Position numbers and translations under genes: made by a program. Source: Centroscyllium fabricii (lineage: Eukaryota). From it: a stretch of 64,000 nucleotides of DNA. The stretch is from positions 248,001 through 312,000 of the forward strand of contig JBNRSN020000194.1 in the NCBI GenBank assembly GCA_051313645.2. The letters are read 5' to 3'. This document shows, piece by piece, positions 48,901 through 64,000 of this stretch. The notes under the pieces are model-generated. The model had not been told where the DNA came from, searched no databases, and was given only the letters and a program-made list of their open reading frames with translations. Within the stretch, counting starts at the first letter, position 1. Each line of letters opens with the position of its first letter.

Positions 48901-51900
48901 CAGAATATTCGGAGCACCCGTCCCTGACTGTGAATACTGAGAGCACCCGCCCCTGACTGAGAATACTCAGAGCACCCGCCCCTGACTGAGAATACTGAGA
49001 GCACCAGCCCCTGACTGAGAATACTCGGAGCACCCGTCCCTGACTGAGAATACTCAGAGCTCCCGCCACTGACTGAGTATACTCGGAGCACTCGCCCCTG
49101 ACTGAGAATACTTGGAGCACACACCCCTGACGGAGAATACTTGGAGCACCCGCCCCTGACTAAGAATATTCGGAGCTCTCGCCCCTGACTGTTGATACGG
49201 AGAGCACCCGACCCTAACTTAGGATACTCAGAGCACCCACCCCTGACTGAGAATACTGAGAGCACCCGCACCTGACTGAGCATACTGAGAGCCCACGCCC
49301 CTGACTGAGAATACTGAGAGCACTCGCCCCTGACTGAGAACACTGAGAGCACCCACCCCTGACTGAGAATAGTGTGAGCACCCGCCCCTGACTGAAAATA
49401 CTCAGAGCACACGCCCCTGACTGAGAATACTTAGAACACCAGCCACTGACTGACAATACTGAGAGCACCCGCCCCTGACTGAGAATACTCGGAGCACCCA
49501 CCCCTGACTGAGAATACTCGGAGCACCCGCCACTGATTGAGAATTTTCGGAGCACCCGCCCCTGACTCAGAATACTCGGAGCACACACCCCTGACTGAGA
49601 TTACTCGGAGCACTCACCCCTGACTGAGAATACTGGGAGCACACACCCCTTACTGAGATTGCTCGGATCACACACCCGTGACTGAGAATACTCGGAGCAC
49701 CCGTCCCTGACTGAGAATACTCGGGGCACTCGCCCCTGACTCAGAATAATCAGAGCACTCGCCCCTGACTGAGAACACTGAGAGCACCCACCCCTGACTG
49801 AGAATAGTGTGAGCACCCGCCCCTGACTGAAAATACTCTGAGCACACGCCCCTGACTGAGAATACTTAGAACACCAGCCACTGACTGACAATACTGAGAG
49901 CACCCGCCCCGACTGAGAATACTCGGAGCACCCACCCCTGACTGAGAATACTCGGAGCACCCGCCACTGATTGAGAATTTTCGGAGCACCCGCCCCTGAC
50001 TCAGAATACTCGGAGCACACAGCCCTGACTGAGATTACTCGGAGCACTCACCCCTGACTGAGAATACTGGGAGCACACACCCCTTACTGAGATTGCTCGG
50101 ATCACACACCCGTGACTGAGAATACTCGGAGCACCCATCCCTGACTGAGAATACTCGGGGCACTCGCCCCTGACTCAGAATAATCAGAGCACTCGCCCCT
50201 GACTGAGAACACTCGGAGCACCCGCCCCTGACTGAGAATACTGAGAGCACCAGTCCCTGACTGAGAATTCTGAGAGCACCCGCCCCTGACAGAGAATACC
50301 CGGAGCACCCGCCCCTGACTAAGAATAGTGAGAGCACCCGCCCCTGACTGAGAATACTCGGACCACCCTCCCCTGACTGAGAATGGTTGGAGCACCAGCC
50401 CCTGACTGAGAATATACGGAGTACCCACCACTGACTGAGAATTCTCAGAGCACCCGCCCCTGACTGAAAATACACGGAGTACCCGCCCCTGACTGAGAAT
50501 ACTTGGAGTACCTGCCCCTGACTGAGTATACTCGGAGCACTCGCCCCTGACTGAGAATACTCGGAGCACACACCCCTGACGGAGAATACTTGGAGCACCT
50601 GCCCCTGACTGAGAATATTCGGAGCACTCGCCCCTGACTGTTGATACGGAGAGCACCCGACCCTGACTTAGGATACTCAGAGCACCCACCCCTGACTGAG
50701 AATACTGAGAGCACCCGCACCTGACTGAGAATACTCGGAGTACCCGCCCCTGATTGAGAATACTCGGACCACCCGCCCCTGACTGAGAATACACGGAGTA
50801 CCCACCACTGACTGAGAATTCTCAGAGCACCCGCCCCTGACTGAAAATACACGGAGTACCCGCCCCTGACTGAGAATACTTGGAGTACCTGCCCCTGACT
50901 GAGAATACTCGGAGCACTCGCCCCTGACTGAGAATACTCAATGCACCCGCACCTGACTGAGAATACTCGGAGCACCTGCTGCTGAATGAGAATACTCGGA
51001 GCACCCGCGCCTTACTGAGCATATTCAAAGCACCCACCTCTGACGGAGAATACTGTGAGTACCCGCCTCTGACTGAGAATACTCGGGGCACCCGCCCCTG
51101 ACTGAGATTACTCGGAGCACCCGCCCCTGACTGAGAATACTCAATGCACCTGCCACTGACTTAGGATACTGAGAGCACCCGCCCCTGACTGAGAATACTT
51201 GGAGTACCCGCCCCTGACTAAGGATACTAGGAGCACCCGCCCCTGACTGATAATACTCGGAGCACCCGCCCCTGAATGAGATTACTCGGAGCACCCGCCC
51301 CTGACTGAGAATACTCGGAGCACCCGCCACCGACTGAGAATATTGAGAGCACCCGCCCCTGACTGAGATTACTCGGAGCACCCGTCCCTGACTGAGAATA
51401 CTGAGAGCACACACCCCTGACTGAGAATACTCAGAGCACCCGCCCCTGACTGAGAATACTCAGAGCACCACCCCCCTGACTGAGAATATTTGGAGTACCA
51501 GCCCCTAACTGAGAATACTCGGAGCACCCACCCCTGACTGAGAATATTCAGAGCACCCACACCTGACTGAGAATACTCGGAGAACCCACCCCTGACTGAG
51601 AATACTCAGAGCACTCGCCCCTGACTGCGAATACTTGGTGTACCCGCCCCTGACTCAGAATACTTGGAGTACCCGCCCCTGACTGAGTATACTCAGGGCA
51701 CCTGTCACTGACTGAAAATACTAGGAGTACCCGCCCCTGACTGAGAATACTCAGAGCACCTGACCATGACTGAGAATACTAGGAGCACCCGCCCCTGATT
51801 GAGAATTCTGAGAGCACCCGCCCATGACTGAGAATACTGTGAGCACCCGCCCCTGACTGAGAATACTCGGAGCACATGCCCCTGACTGAGAATACGCCAA

Positions 51901-54900
51901 GCTCCCGCCCCTGACTCAGAATACTGAGAGCTTCCGCCCCTGACTGAGAATACTGAGAGCACCCGCCCCTGAATGAGAATAGTTGGAGCACCCGCACCTG
52001 ACTGAGAATACTCAGAGCACTCTCCCCTGACTGAGAATACTGAGATCACCCGCCCCTGACTGAGAATATTCGGAGCACCCACCGCTGACTGAGAATACTT
52101 GGAGCACCTACCCCTGAATGAGAATACTCAGAGCACCCGCCCCTGACTGAGACTACTCAGAGCACTCGCCCCGACTGAGAATACTCGGAGCACCCAACCC
52201 TGACTGAGAATACTCGGAGCCCTCGCTCCTGACTGAGAATACTGGGAGCACACACCCCTTACTGAGAATGCTCGGATCACACACCCGTGACTGAGCATAC
52301 TCGGAGCACCCGTCCCTGACTGAGAATACTCGGAATACTCGCCCCTGACAGAGAATACTCGGGGCACTCGCCCCTGACTCAGAATAATCAGAGCACCCGC
52401 TCCTGACTGAGAATACTTGGAGCACCCACCCCTGACTGAGAATAGTCGGGGCACTCGCCCCTGACTCAGAATATTCGGAGCACCCGTCCCTGACTGTGAA
52501 TACTGAGAGCACCCGCCCCTGACTGAGAATACTCAGAGCACCCGCCCCTGACTGAGAATACTGAGAGCACCAGCCCCTGACTGAGAATACTCGGAGCACC
52601 CGTCCCTGACTGAGAATACTCAGAGCTCCCGCCACTGACTGAGTATACTCGGAGCACTCGCCCCTGACTGAGAATACTTGGAGCACACACCCCTGACGGA
52701 GAATACTTGGAGCACCCGCCCCTGACTAAGAATATTCGGAGCTCTCGCCCCTGACTGTTGATACGGAGAGCACCCGACCCTAACTTAGGATACTCAGAGC
52801 ACCCACCCCTGACTGAGAATACTGAGAGCACCCGCACCTGACTGAGCATACTGAGAGCCCACGCCCCTGACTGAGAATACTGAGAGCACTCGCCCCTGAC
52901 TGAGAACACTGAGAGCACCCACCCCTGACTGAGAATAGTGTGAGCACCCGCCCCTGACTGAAAATACTCAGAGCACACGCCCCTGACTGAGAATACTTAG
53001 AACACCAGCCACTGACTGACAATACTGAGAGCACCCGCCCCTGACTGAGAATACTCGGAGCACCCACCCCTGACTGAGAATACTCGGAGCACCCGCCACT
53101 GATTGAGAATTTTCGGAGCACCCGCCCCTGACTCAGAATACTCGGAGCACACACCCCTGACTGAGATTACTCGGAGCACTCACCCCTGACTGAGAATACT
53201 GGGAGCACACACCCCTTACTGAGATTGCTCGGATCACACACCCGTGACTGAGAATACTCGGAGCACCCGTCCCTGACTGAGAATACTCGGGGCACTCGCC
53301 CCTGACTCAGAATAATCAGAGCACTCGCCCCTGACTGAGAACACTCGGAGCACCCGCCCCTGACTGAGAATACTGAGAGCACCAGTCCCTGACTGAGAAT
53401 TCTGAGAGCACCCGCCCCTGACAGAGAATACCCGGAGCACCCGACCCTGACTAAGAATAGTGAGAGCACCCGCCCCTGACTGAGAATACTCGGAGTACCC
53501 GCCCATGACTGAGAATACTCGGACCACCCTCCCCTGACTGAGAATGTTTGGAGCACCCGCCCCTGACTGAGAATATACGGAGTACCCACCACTGACTGAG
53601 AATTCTCAGAGCACCCGCCCCTGACTGAAAATACACGGAGTACCCGCCCCTGACTGAGAATACTTGGAGTACCTGCCCCTGACTGAGAATACTCGGAGCA
53701 CACACCCCTGACGGAGAATACTTGGAGCACCCGCCCCTGACTGAGAATATTCGGAGCACTCGCCCCTGACTGTTGATACGGAGAGCACCCGACCCTGACT
53801 TAGGATACTCAGAGCACCCACCCCTGACTGAGAATACTGAGAGCACCCGCACCTGACTGAGCATACTGAGAGCCCACGCCCCTGACTGAGAATACTCGGA
53901 GTACCCGTCCCTGACTGAGGATACTCAGAGTACCCGCCCCTGACTGAGGATACTCAGAGCACCCACCCCTGACTGAGAATACTCGGAGTACCCGTCCCAG
54001 ACTGAGGATATTCAGAGTACCCGCCCCTGACTGAGGATACTCAGAGCACCCGCCACTGACTGAGAATTTTCGGAGCACCCGCCTCTGACTCAGAAAACTC
54101 GGAGCACACACCCCTGACTGAGATTACTCGGAGCACTCACCCCTGACTGAGAATACTGGGAGCACACACCCCTTACTGAGAATGCTCGGATCACACACCC
54201 GTGACTGAGAATACTCGGAGCACCCGTCCCTGACTGAGAATACTGGGAGCACACACCCCTTACTGAGAATGCTCGGATCACACACCCGTGACTGAGAATA
54301 CTCGGAGCACCCGTCCCTGACTGAGAATACTCGGGGCACTCGCCCCTGACTCAGAATAATCAGAGCACTCGCACCTGACTGAGAACTCTCGGAGCACCCG
54401 CCCCTGACTGAGAATACTGAGAGCACCAGTCCCTGACTGAGAATACTGAGAGCACCCGCCCCTGACTGAGAATACCCGGAGCACCCGCCCCTGACTGAGA
54501 ATAGTGAGAGCACCCGCCCCTGACTGAGAATACCCGGAGCACCAGCCCCTGACTAAGATTAGTGAGAGCACCCGCCACTGACTGAGAATACTCGGAGTAC
54601 CCGCCCCTGATGGAGAATACTCGGACCACCCGCCCCTGACTGAGAATGTTTGGAGCACTCGCCCCTGACTGAGAATACACGGAGTACCCACCACTGACTG
54701 AGAATTCACAGAGCACCCGCCCCTGACTGAAAATACACGGAGTACCCGCCCCTGACTGAGAATACTTGGAGTACCTGCCCCTGACTGAGAATACTCGGAG
54801 CACTCGCCCCTGACTGAGAATACTCAATGCACCCGCCCCTGACTGAGGCTACTGAGAGCACCCGCACCTGACTGAGAATACTCGGAGCACCTGCTGCTGA

Positions 54901-57900
54901 ATGAGAATACTCGGAGCACCCGCGCCTTACTGAGCATATTCAAAGCACCCACCTCTGACGGAGAATACTGTGAGTACCCGCCTCTGACTGAGAATACTCG
55001 GGGCACCCGCCCCTGACTGAGAATACTCGGAGCACCCGCCCCTGACTGAGAATACTCAATGCACCTGCCACTGACTTAGGATACTGAGAGCACCCGCCCC
55101 TGACTGAGAATACTTGGAGTACCCGCCCCTGACTAATGATACTAGGAGCACCCGCCCCTGACTGAGAATACTCGGAGCACCCGCCCCTGACTGAGATTAC
55201 TCGGAGCACCCGCCCCTGACTGAGAATACTCGGAGCACCCGCCACCGACTGAGAATATTGAGAGCACCCGCCCCTGACTGAGATTACTCGGAGCACCCGT
55301 CCCTGACTGAGAATACTGAGAGCACACACCCCTGACTGAGAATACTCAGAGCACCCGCCCCTGACTGAGAATACTCAGAGCACCACCCCCCTGACTGAGA
55401 ATATTTGGAGTACCCGCCCCTAACTGAGAATACTCGGAGCACCCACCCCTGACTGAGAATATTCAGAGCACCCACACCTGACTGAGAATACTCGGAGAAC
55501 CCACCCCTGACTGAGAATACTCAGAGCAATCGCCCCTGACTGCGAATACTTGGTGTACCCGCCCCTGACTCAGAATACTTGGAGTACCCGCCCCTGACTG
55601 AGTATACTCAGGGCACCTGTCACTGACTGAAAATACTAGGAGTACCCGCCCCTGACTGAGAATACTCAGAGCACCTGACCATGACTGAGAATACTAGGAG
55701 CACCCGCCCCTGATTGAGAATTCTGAGAGCACCCGCCCATGACTGAGAATACTGTGAGCACCCGCCCCTGACTGCGAATACTCGGAGCACATGCCCCTGA
55801 CTGAGAATACGCCAAGCTCCCGCCCCTGACTCAGAATACTGAGAGCACCCGCCCTTGACTCAGAATAATCGGAGCACCCGCCACTGACTGAGAATACTGA
55901 GACCACCCGCCCCTGACTGAGAATACTGAGAGCACCCGCCCCTGACTGAGAATAGTTGGAGCACCCGCACCTGACTGAGAATACTCAGAGCACTCTCCCC
56001 TGACTGAGAATACTGAGATCACCCGCCCCTGACTGAGAATATTCAGAGCACCCACCGCTGACTGAGAATACTTGGAGCACCTACCCCTGAATGAGAATAT
56101 TCGGAGCACCCGCCCCTGACTGAGACTACTCAGAGCACTCGCCCCGACTGAGAATACTCGGAGCACCCTCCCCTGACTGAGGATACTCAGAGTACCCGCC
56201 CCTGACTGAGGATACTCAGAGCACCCACCCCTGACTGAGAATACTCGGAGTACCCGTCCCAGACTGAGGATATTCAGAGTACCCGCCCCTGACTGAGGAT
56301 ACTCAGAGCACCCGCCACTGACTGAGAATTTTCGGAGCACCCGCCTCTGACTCAGAAAACTCGGAGCACACACCCCTGACTGAGATTACTCGGAGCACTC
56401 ACCCCTGACTGAGAATATTGGGAGCACACACCCCTTACTGAGAATGCTCGGATCACACACCCGTGACTGAGAATACTCGGAGCACCCGTCCCTGACTGAG
56501 AATACTGGGAGCACACACCCCTTACTGAGAATGCTCGGATCACACACCCGTGACTGAGAATACTCGGAGCACCCGTCCCTGACTGAGAATACTCGGGGCA
56601 CTCGCCCCTGACTCAGAATAATCAGAGCACTCGCACCTGACTGAGAACTCTCGGAGCACTCGCCCCTGACTGAGAATACTGAGAGCACCAGTCCCTGACT
56701 GAGAATACTGAGAGCACCCGCCCCTGACTGAGAATACCCGGAGCACCAGCCCCTGACTGAGAATAGTGAGAGCACCCGCCCCTGACTGAGAATATCCGGA
56801 GCACCAGCCCCTGACTAAGACTAGTGAGAGCACCCGCCACTGACTGAGAATACTCGGAGTACCCGCCCCTGATGGAGAATACTCGGACCACCCGCCCCTG
56901 ACTGAGAATGTTTGGAGCACTCGCCCCTGACTGAGAATACACGGAGTACCCACCACTGACTGAGAATTCTCAGAGCACCCGCCCCGACTGAAAATACACG
57001 GAGTACCCGCCCCTGACTGAGAATACTTGGAGTACCTGCCCCTGACTGAGAATACTCGGAGCACTCGCCCCTGACTGAGAATACTCAATGCACCCGCCCC
57101 TGACTGAGGCTACTGAGAGCACCCGCACCTGACTGAGAATACTCGGAGCACCTGCTGCTGAATGAGAATACTCGGAGCACCCGCGCCTTACTGAGCATAT
57201 TCAAAGCACCCACCTCTGATGGAGAATACTGTGAGTACCCGCCTCTGACTGAGAATACTCGGGGCACCCGCCCCTGACTGAGAATACTCGGAGCACCCGC
57301 CCCTGACTGAGAATACTCAATGCACCTGCCACTGACTTAGGATACTGAGAGCACCCGCCCCTGACTGAGAATACTTGGAGTACCCGCCCCTGACTAAGGA
57401 TACTAGGAGCACCCGCCCCTGACTGAGAATACTCGGAGCACCCACCCCTGACTGAGATTACTCGGAGCACCCGCCCCTGACTGAGAATACTCGGAGCACC
57501 CGCCACCGACTGAGAATATTGAGAGCACCCGCCCCTGACTGAGATTACTCGGAGCACCCGTCCCTGACTGAGAATACTGAGAGCACACACCCCTGACTGA
57601 GAATACTCAGAGCACCCGCCCCTGACTGAGAATACTCAGAGCACCACCCCCCTGACTGAGAATATTTGGAGTACCCGCCCCTAACTGAGAATACTCGGAG
57701 CACCCACCCCTGACTGAGAATATTCAGAGCACCCACACCTGACTGAGAATACTCGGAGCACCCACCCCTGACTGAGAATACTCAGAGCACTCGCCCCTGA
57801 CTGCGAATACTTGGTGTACCCGCCCCTGACTCAGAATACTTGGAGTACCCGCCCCTGACTGAGTATACTCAGGGCACCTGTCACTGACTGAAAATACTAG

Positions 57901-60900
57901 GAGTACCCGCCCCTGACTGAGAATACTCAGAGCACCTGACCATGACTGAGAATACTAGGAGCACCCGCCCCTGATTGAGAATTCTGAGAGCACCCGCCCA
58001 TGACTGAGAATACTGTGAGCACCCGCCCCTGACTGAGAATACTCGGAGCACATGCCCCTGACTGAGAATACGCCAAGCTCCCGCCCCTGACTCAGAATAC
58101 TGAGAGCACCCGCCCTTGACTCAGAATACTCGGAGCACCCGCCACTGACTGAGAATACTGAGACCACCCGCCCCTGACTGAGAATACTGAGAGCACCCGC
58201 CCCTGACTGAGAATAGTTGGAGCACCCGCACCTGACTGAGAATACTCAGAGCACTCTCCCCTGACTGAGAATACTGAGATCACCTGCCCCTGACTGAGAA
58301 TATTCAGAGCACCCACCGCTGACTGAGAATACTTGGAGCACCTACCCCTGAATGAGAATATTCGGAGCACCCGCCCCTGACTGAGACTACTCAGAGCACT
58401 CGCCCCGACTGAGAATACTCGGAGCACCCTCCCCTGACTGAGAATACTCGGAGCCCTCGCTCCTGACTGAGAATACTGGGAGCACACACCCCTTACTGAG
58501 AATGCTCGGATCACACACCCGTGACTGAGAATACTCGGAGCACCCGTCCCTGACTGAGAATACTCGGAATACTCGCCCCTGACAGAGAATACTCGGGGCA
58601 CTCGCCCCTGACTCAGAATAATCAGAGCACCCGCCCCTGACTGAGAATACTTGGAGCACCCACCCCTGACTGAGAATAGTCGGGGCACTCGCCCCTGACT
58701 CAGAATATTCAGAGCACCAGTCCCTGTCTGTGAATACTGAGAGCACCCGCCCCTGACTGAGAATACTCAGAGCACCCGCCCCTGACTGAGAATACTGAGA
58801 GCACCAGCCCCTGACTGAGAATACTCGGAGCACCCGTCCCTGACTGAGAAAAATCAGAATACTCGCCCCTGACAGAGAATACTCGGGGCACTCGCCCCTG
58901 ACTCAGAATAATCAGAGCACCCGCCCCTGACTGAGAATACTTGGAGCACCCACCCCTGACTGAGAATAGTCGGGGCACTCGCCCCTTACTCAGAATATTC
59001 AGAGCACCCGCCCCTGACTGTGAATACTGAGAGCACCCGCCCCTGACTGAGAATGCTCAGAGCACCCGCCCCTGACTGAGAATACTGAGAGCACCAGCCC
59101 CTGACTGAGAATACTCGGAGAACCCGCCCCTGACAGAGAATACTCGGAGCACCCGACCCTGACTTAGAATAATCGGAGCACCCGCCCCTGACTGAGAATA
59201 CTCGGAGTACACGCCCCTGACTGATACTACTCGGAGCACCCGCCCCTTACTCAGAATTACTTTGGCACCCGGCGTGACTGAGAATACTCGGAGCTCCCAC
59301 CCCTGACTGAGTATACTCAGAGCACCCGCCCCTGATTGAGAATACTCGGAGATCCCGCCACTGACTGAGTATGCTCGGAGCGCTCGCCCCTGACTGAGAA
59401 TACTCGGAGCACCCACCCCTGACGGAGAATACTTGGAGCACCCGCCCCTGACTGAGAATATTCGGAGCACTCGCCCCTGACTGTTGATACTGAGAGCACC
59501 CGACCCTGACTGAGGATACTCAGAGCACCCACCCCTGACTGAGAATACTGAGAGCACCCGCAACTGCCTGAGATTACTGAGAGCACATGCCCATGACTGA
59601 GAATACTGAGAGCACCCGCCCCTGACTGATAATACTGAGAGCACCCGCCCCTGACTGAGAATACTGTGAGCACCTACCCCTGACTGAGAATACTCGGAGC
59701 ACCTACCACTGACTGAGAATACTCGGAGTACCCGCCACTGACTGAGAATTTTCGGAGCACCCGCCCCTGACTCAGAATACTCGGAGCACACACCCCTGAC
59801 TGAGAATACTCGGAGCACTCACCCCTGACTGAGAATACTGGGAGCACACACCCCTTACTGAGAATGCTCGGATCTCACAACCGTGACTGAGATTACTCGG
59901 AGCACCCATCCCTGACTGAGAATAGTCGGAGCACTCGACCCTGTCAGAGAATACTCGGGGCACTCGCCCCTGACTCAGAATAATCAGAGCACTCGCCCCT
60001 GACTGAGAACACTCGGAGCTCCCGCCCCTGACTGAGAATACTGAGAGCACAAGCCCCTGACTGAATATATTGAGAGCACCTGCCCCTGACTGAGAATACC
60101 CGGAGCACCCGCCCCTGACTGAGAATAGTGAGAGCACCCACCCCTGACTGAGAATACTCGGAGTACCCGCCCCTGACTGAGAATACTCGGACCACCCGCC
60201 ACTGATTGAGAATGGTTGGAGCACACGCCCCTGACAGAGAATACTCGGAGTACCCGCCCATGACTGAGAATACTCGGAGTACCCACCACTGACTGAGAAT
60301 ACTCAGAGCACTCGCCCCTGACTGAAAATACTCGGAGTACACGTCCCTGACTGAGAATACTCGGAGTACCTGCCCCTGACTGAGAATACTCAGGGCACCC
60401 GACCCTGACTGAGAATACTCAATGCACACGCCCCTGACTGAGGATACTGAGTGCACGCGCCCCTGACTGAGAATACTGAGAGCACCAGCCCCTGACTGAG
60501 AATAATGAGAGCACGCGGCCCTGATTGAGAATACCCGGAGCACCCGCCCCTGACTGTGAATAGTGAGAGAACCCGCCCCTGACTGAGAATACTCAGAGTA
60601 CCCGCCCCTGACTGAGAATACTCGGACCACCCGGCCCTGACTGAGAATGGTTGGAGCACCCGCCCCTGACAGAGAATACTCAGAGTACCCGCCCCTGACT
60701 GAGAATACTCGGAGCACTCGCCCCTGACTGAGAATACTCAATGCACCCGCCCCTGACTGAGGCTACTGAGAGCACCCGCCCCTGACTGAGAATAATCGGA
60801 GCACCTGCCCCTGAATGAGAATACTCGGAGCACCCGCGCCTTACTGAGCATATTCAAAGCACCCACCTCTGACGGAGAGTACTGTGAGTACCCGCCTCTG

Positions 60901-63900
60901 ACTGAGAATACTCGGGGCACCCGCCCTTGACTGAGAATACTCGGAGCACCCGCCCCTGCCTGAGAATACTCAATGCACCCACCACTGACTTAGGATACTG
61001 AGAGCACCCGCCCCTGACTGAGAATACTTGGAGTACCCGCCCCTGACTAAGGATACTAGGAGCACCCGCCCCTGACTGAGAATACTTGGAGCACCCGCCC
61101 CTGACTGAGATTTCTCGGAGCACCCGCCCCTGACTGAGATTACTCGGAACACCCGTCCCTGACTGAGAATACTGAGAGCACACACCCCTGACTGAGAATA
61201 CTCAGAGCACCGGCCCCTGACTGAGAATACTCAGAGCACCACCCCCCTGACTAAGAATATTTGGAGTACCCGCCCCTAACTGAGAATACTTGGAGCACCC
61301 ACCCCTGACTGAGAATATTCAGAGCACCCACCCCTGACTGAGAATACTCGGAGCACCCACACCTGACTGAGAATACTCAGAGCAATCGCCCCTGACTGCG
61401 AATACTTGGTGTACCCGCCCCTGACTCAGAATACTTGGAGTACCCGCCCCTGACTGAGAATACTCAGGGCACCTGTCACTGACTGAAAATACTAGGAGTT
61501 CCCGCCCCTGACAGAGAATACTCAGAGCACCTGACCCTGACTGAGAATACTAGGAGCACCCGCCCCTGATTGAGAATTCTGAGAGCACACGCCCCTGACT
61601 GAGAATAGTGTGAGCACCCGCCCCTGACTGAGAATACTCGGAGCACATGCCCCTGACTGAGAATACGACAAGCTCCCGCCCCTGACTCAGAATACTGAGA
61701 GCACCCGCACCAGACTCAGAATACTCGGAGCACACGCCACTGACTGAGAATACTGAGACCACCCGTCCCTGACTGAGAATACTGAGATCACCCGCCCCTG
61801 ACTGAGAATACCTGGAGCACCCGCACCTGACTGAGAATACTCAGAGCACTCGCCCCTGACTGAGAATACTGAGATCACCCGCACCTGACTGAGAATATTC
61901 GGAGCACCCACCGCTGACTGAGAATACTTGGAGCACCTACCCCTGAATGAGAATACTTGGAGCACCCGCCCCTGACTGAGACTACTCAGAGCACTTGCCC
62001 CGACTGAGAATACTCGCAACACCCACCCCTGACTGAGAATACTCGGAGCCCTCGCTCCTGACTGAGAATAATGGGAGCACACACCCCTTACTGAGAATGC
62101 CTGGATGACACACCCGTGACTGAGAATACTCCGTGCACCCGTCCCTGACTGAGAATACTCGGAACACTCGCCCCTGACAGAGAATACTCGGGGCACTCGC
62201 CCCTTACTCAGAATAATCAGAGCACCCGCCCCGACTGAGAATACTTGGAGCACCCACCCATGACTGAGAATAGTCGGGGCACTCGCCCCTGACTCAGAAT
62301 ATTCAGAGCACCCGCCCCTGACTGAGAATACTGAGAGCACCCGCCCCTGACTGAGAATACTCAGAGCACCTGCCCCTGTCTGAGAATACTCAGAGCACCC
62401 ACCCCTGACTGAGTATACTGAGAGCACCCGCCCCTGACTGAGAATACTTGGAGAAACCTCCCCTGACTGAGAATACTCGGAGCACCCGACCCTGACATAG
62501 AATAATCGGAGCACCCGCCCCTGACTGAGAATACTCGGAGTACACGCCCCTGACTGATACTACTCGGAGCACCCGCCCCTTACTCAGAATTACATTGGCA
62601 CCCGGCGTGACTGAGAATACTCGGAGCTCCCACCCCTGACTGAGTATACTCAGAGCACCCGCCCCTGACTGAGAATACTCGGAGCTCCCGCCACTGACTG
62701 AGTATACTCAGAGCGCTCCGCCCCTGACTGAGAATACTCGGAGAACCCACCCCTGACGGAGAATACTTGGAGCACCAGCCCCTGACTGAGAATATTCGGA
62801 GCACTCGCCCCTGACTGTTGATACTGAGAGCACCCGAACCTGACTGAGGATACTCAGAGCACCCACCCCTGACTGAGAATACGGAGAGCACCCGCACCTG
62901 CCTGAGATTACTGAGAGCACATGCCCATGACTGAGAATAATGAGAGCACCCGCCCCTGACTGAGAATACTGAGAGCACCCGCCCCTGACTGAGAATACTG
63001 TGAGCAACCGCCCCTGACTGAGAATACTCGGAGCACACGCCCCTAACTGAGAATACTGAGAGCACCAGCCCCTGACCTGAGAATACTGAGAGCACCCGCC
63101 CCAGCCTGAGAATACTCCGTACACCTACCCCTGACTGAGAATACTCGGTGCACCCGCCACTGACTGAGAATTTTCGGAGCACCCGCCCCTGACTCAGATT
63201 AATCGGAGCACACACAATCATGACTGAGAATACTCGGAGCACTCACCCCTGACTGAGAATACTGGGAGCACACACCCCTTGCTGAGAATGCTCGGATCAC
63301 ACACCCGTGACTGAGAATATTGGAGCACCCGTCCCTGACTGAGAATACTCGGAGCACTCGCCTCTGAAAGAGAATACTCGGGGCACTCGCCCCTGACTCA
63401 GAATAATCAGAGCACTCGCCCCTGACTGAGAACACTCGGAGCTCCCGCCCCTGACTGAGAATACTGAGAGCACAAGCCCCTGACTGAGAATATTGAGAGC
63501 ACCCGCCCCTGACTGAGAATACCCGGAGCACCCACCCCTGATTGAGAATAGTGAGAGCACCCGCCCCTGACTGAGAATACTCGGAGTACCCGCCCCTGAC
63601 TGAGAATACTCGGACCACCCGCCCCTGACTGAGAATGGTTGGAGCACCCGCACCTGACAGAGAATACTCGGAGTACCCGCCCCTGACTGAGAATACTCGG
63701 AGTACCAACCACTGACTGAGAATTCTCAGAGCACTCGCCCCTGACTGAAAATACTCGGAGTACACGCCCCTGACTGAGAATACTCGGAGTACCTGCCCCT
63801 GACTGAGAATACTCGGCGCGCCCGCCCCTGACTGAGAATACTCAATGCACCCGCCCCTGACTGAGGATACAGAGTGCACCCGCCCCTGACTGAGAATACT

Positions 63901-64000
63901 CGGAGCACCTGCCCCTGAATGAGAATACTCGGAGTTCCCGCCCCTGACTGAGAATACTCGGAGTACCCACCACTGACTGAGAATAATCAGAGCACTCGCC
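45937..64000. repeat. 29-bp satellite, right block, with kilobase-scale tandem duplications
   Basis: Same monomer; about 46200-49765 repeats at offset 3565-3566, and about 53910-56170 repeats at offset 2261-2262. Confidence 0.97.

Noticed and set aside
174-63908. Hundreds of minus-strand ORFs (SEYSQSGAGAPSILSQGRVLRVFSVRGGC repeats)
   Set aside because: They are translations of the 29-bp satellite, whose minus-strand consensus has no stop codon; all three frames give the same 29-aa cycle

Overview
A eukaryotic (probably vertebrate) tandem satellite array of a 29-bp monomer (consensus GAGCACCCGCCCCTGACTGAGAATACTCG) fills about 50 kb of the window. It has higher-order structure and several recent segmental duplications, and it produces almost all of the minus-strand ORFs in the track, which are spurious. 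Three LTR insertions interrupt it. (1) A decayed full-length Ty3/gypsy retrotransposon (25429-30307, 279-bp LTRs, GAGCA TSD) has no tRNA-type PBS; its leader is instead complementary to its own LTR. (2) A related solo LTR lies on the minus strand (31697-31996). (3) A very young 8.6-kb endogenous-retrovirus-like element (37341-45936) has ~1.43-kb nearly identical LTRs, a CCCT TSD and a tRNA-Arg PBS. Element 3 is the most unusual. It has gag but no pol; an unknown 317-aa ORF sits in frame behind the gag UGA. Its envelope gene looks like an Ig-domain-bearing, paramyxo/pneumovirus-F-like class I fusogen, and its start ATG appears to come from the LTR by splicing. Family assignments come from motif reading only; no searches were run.
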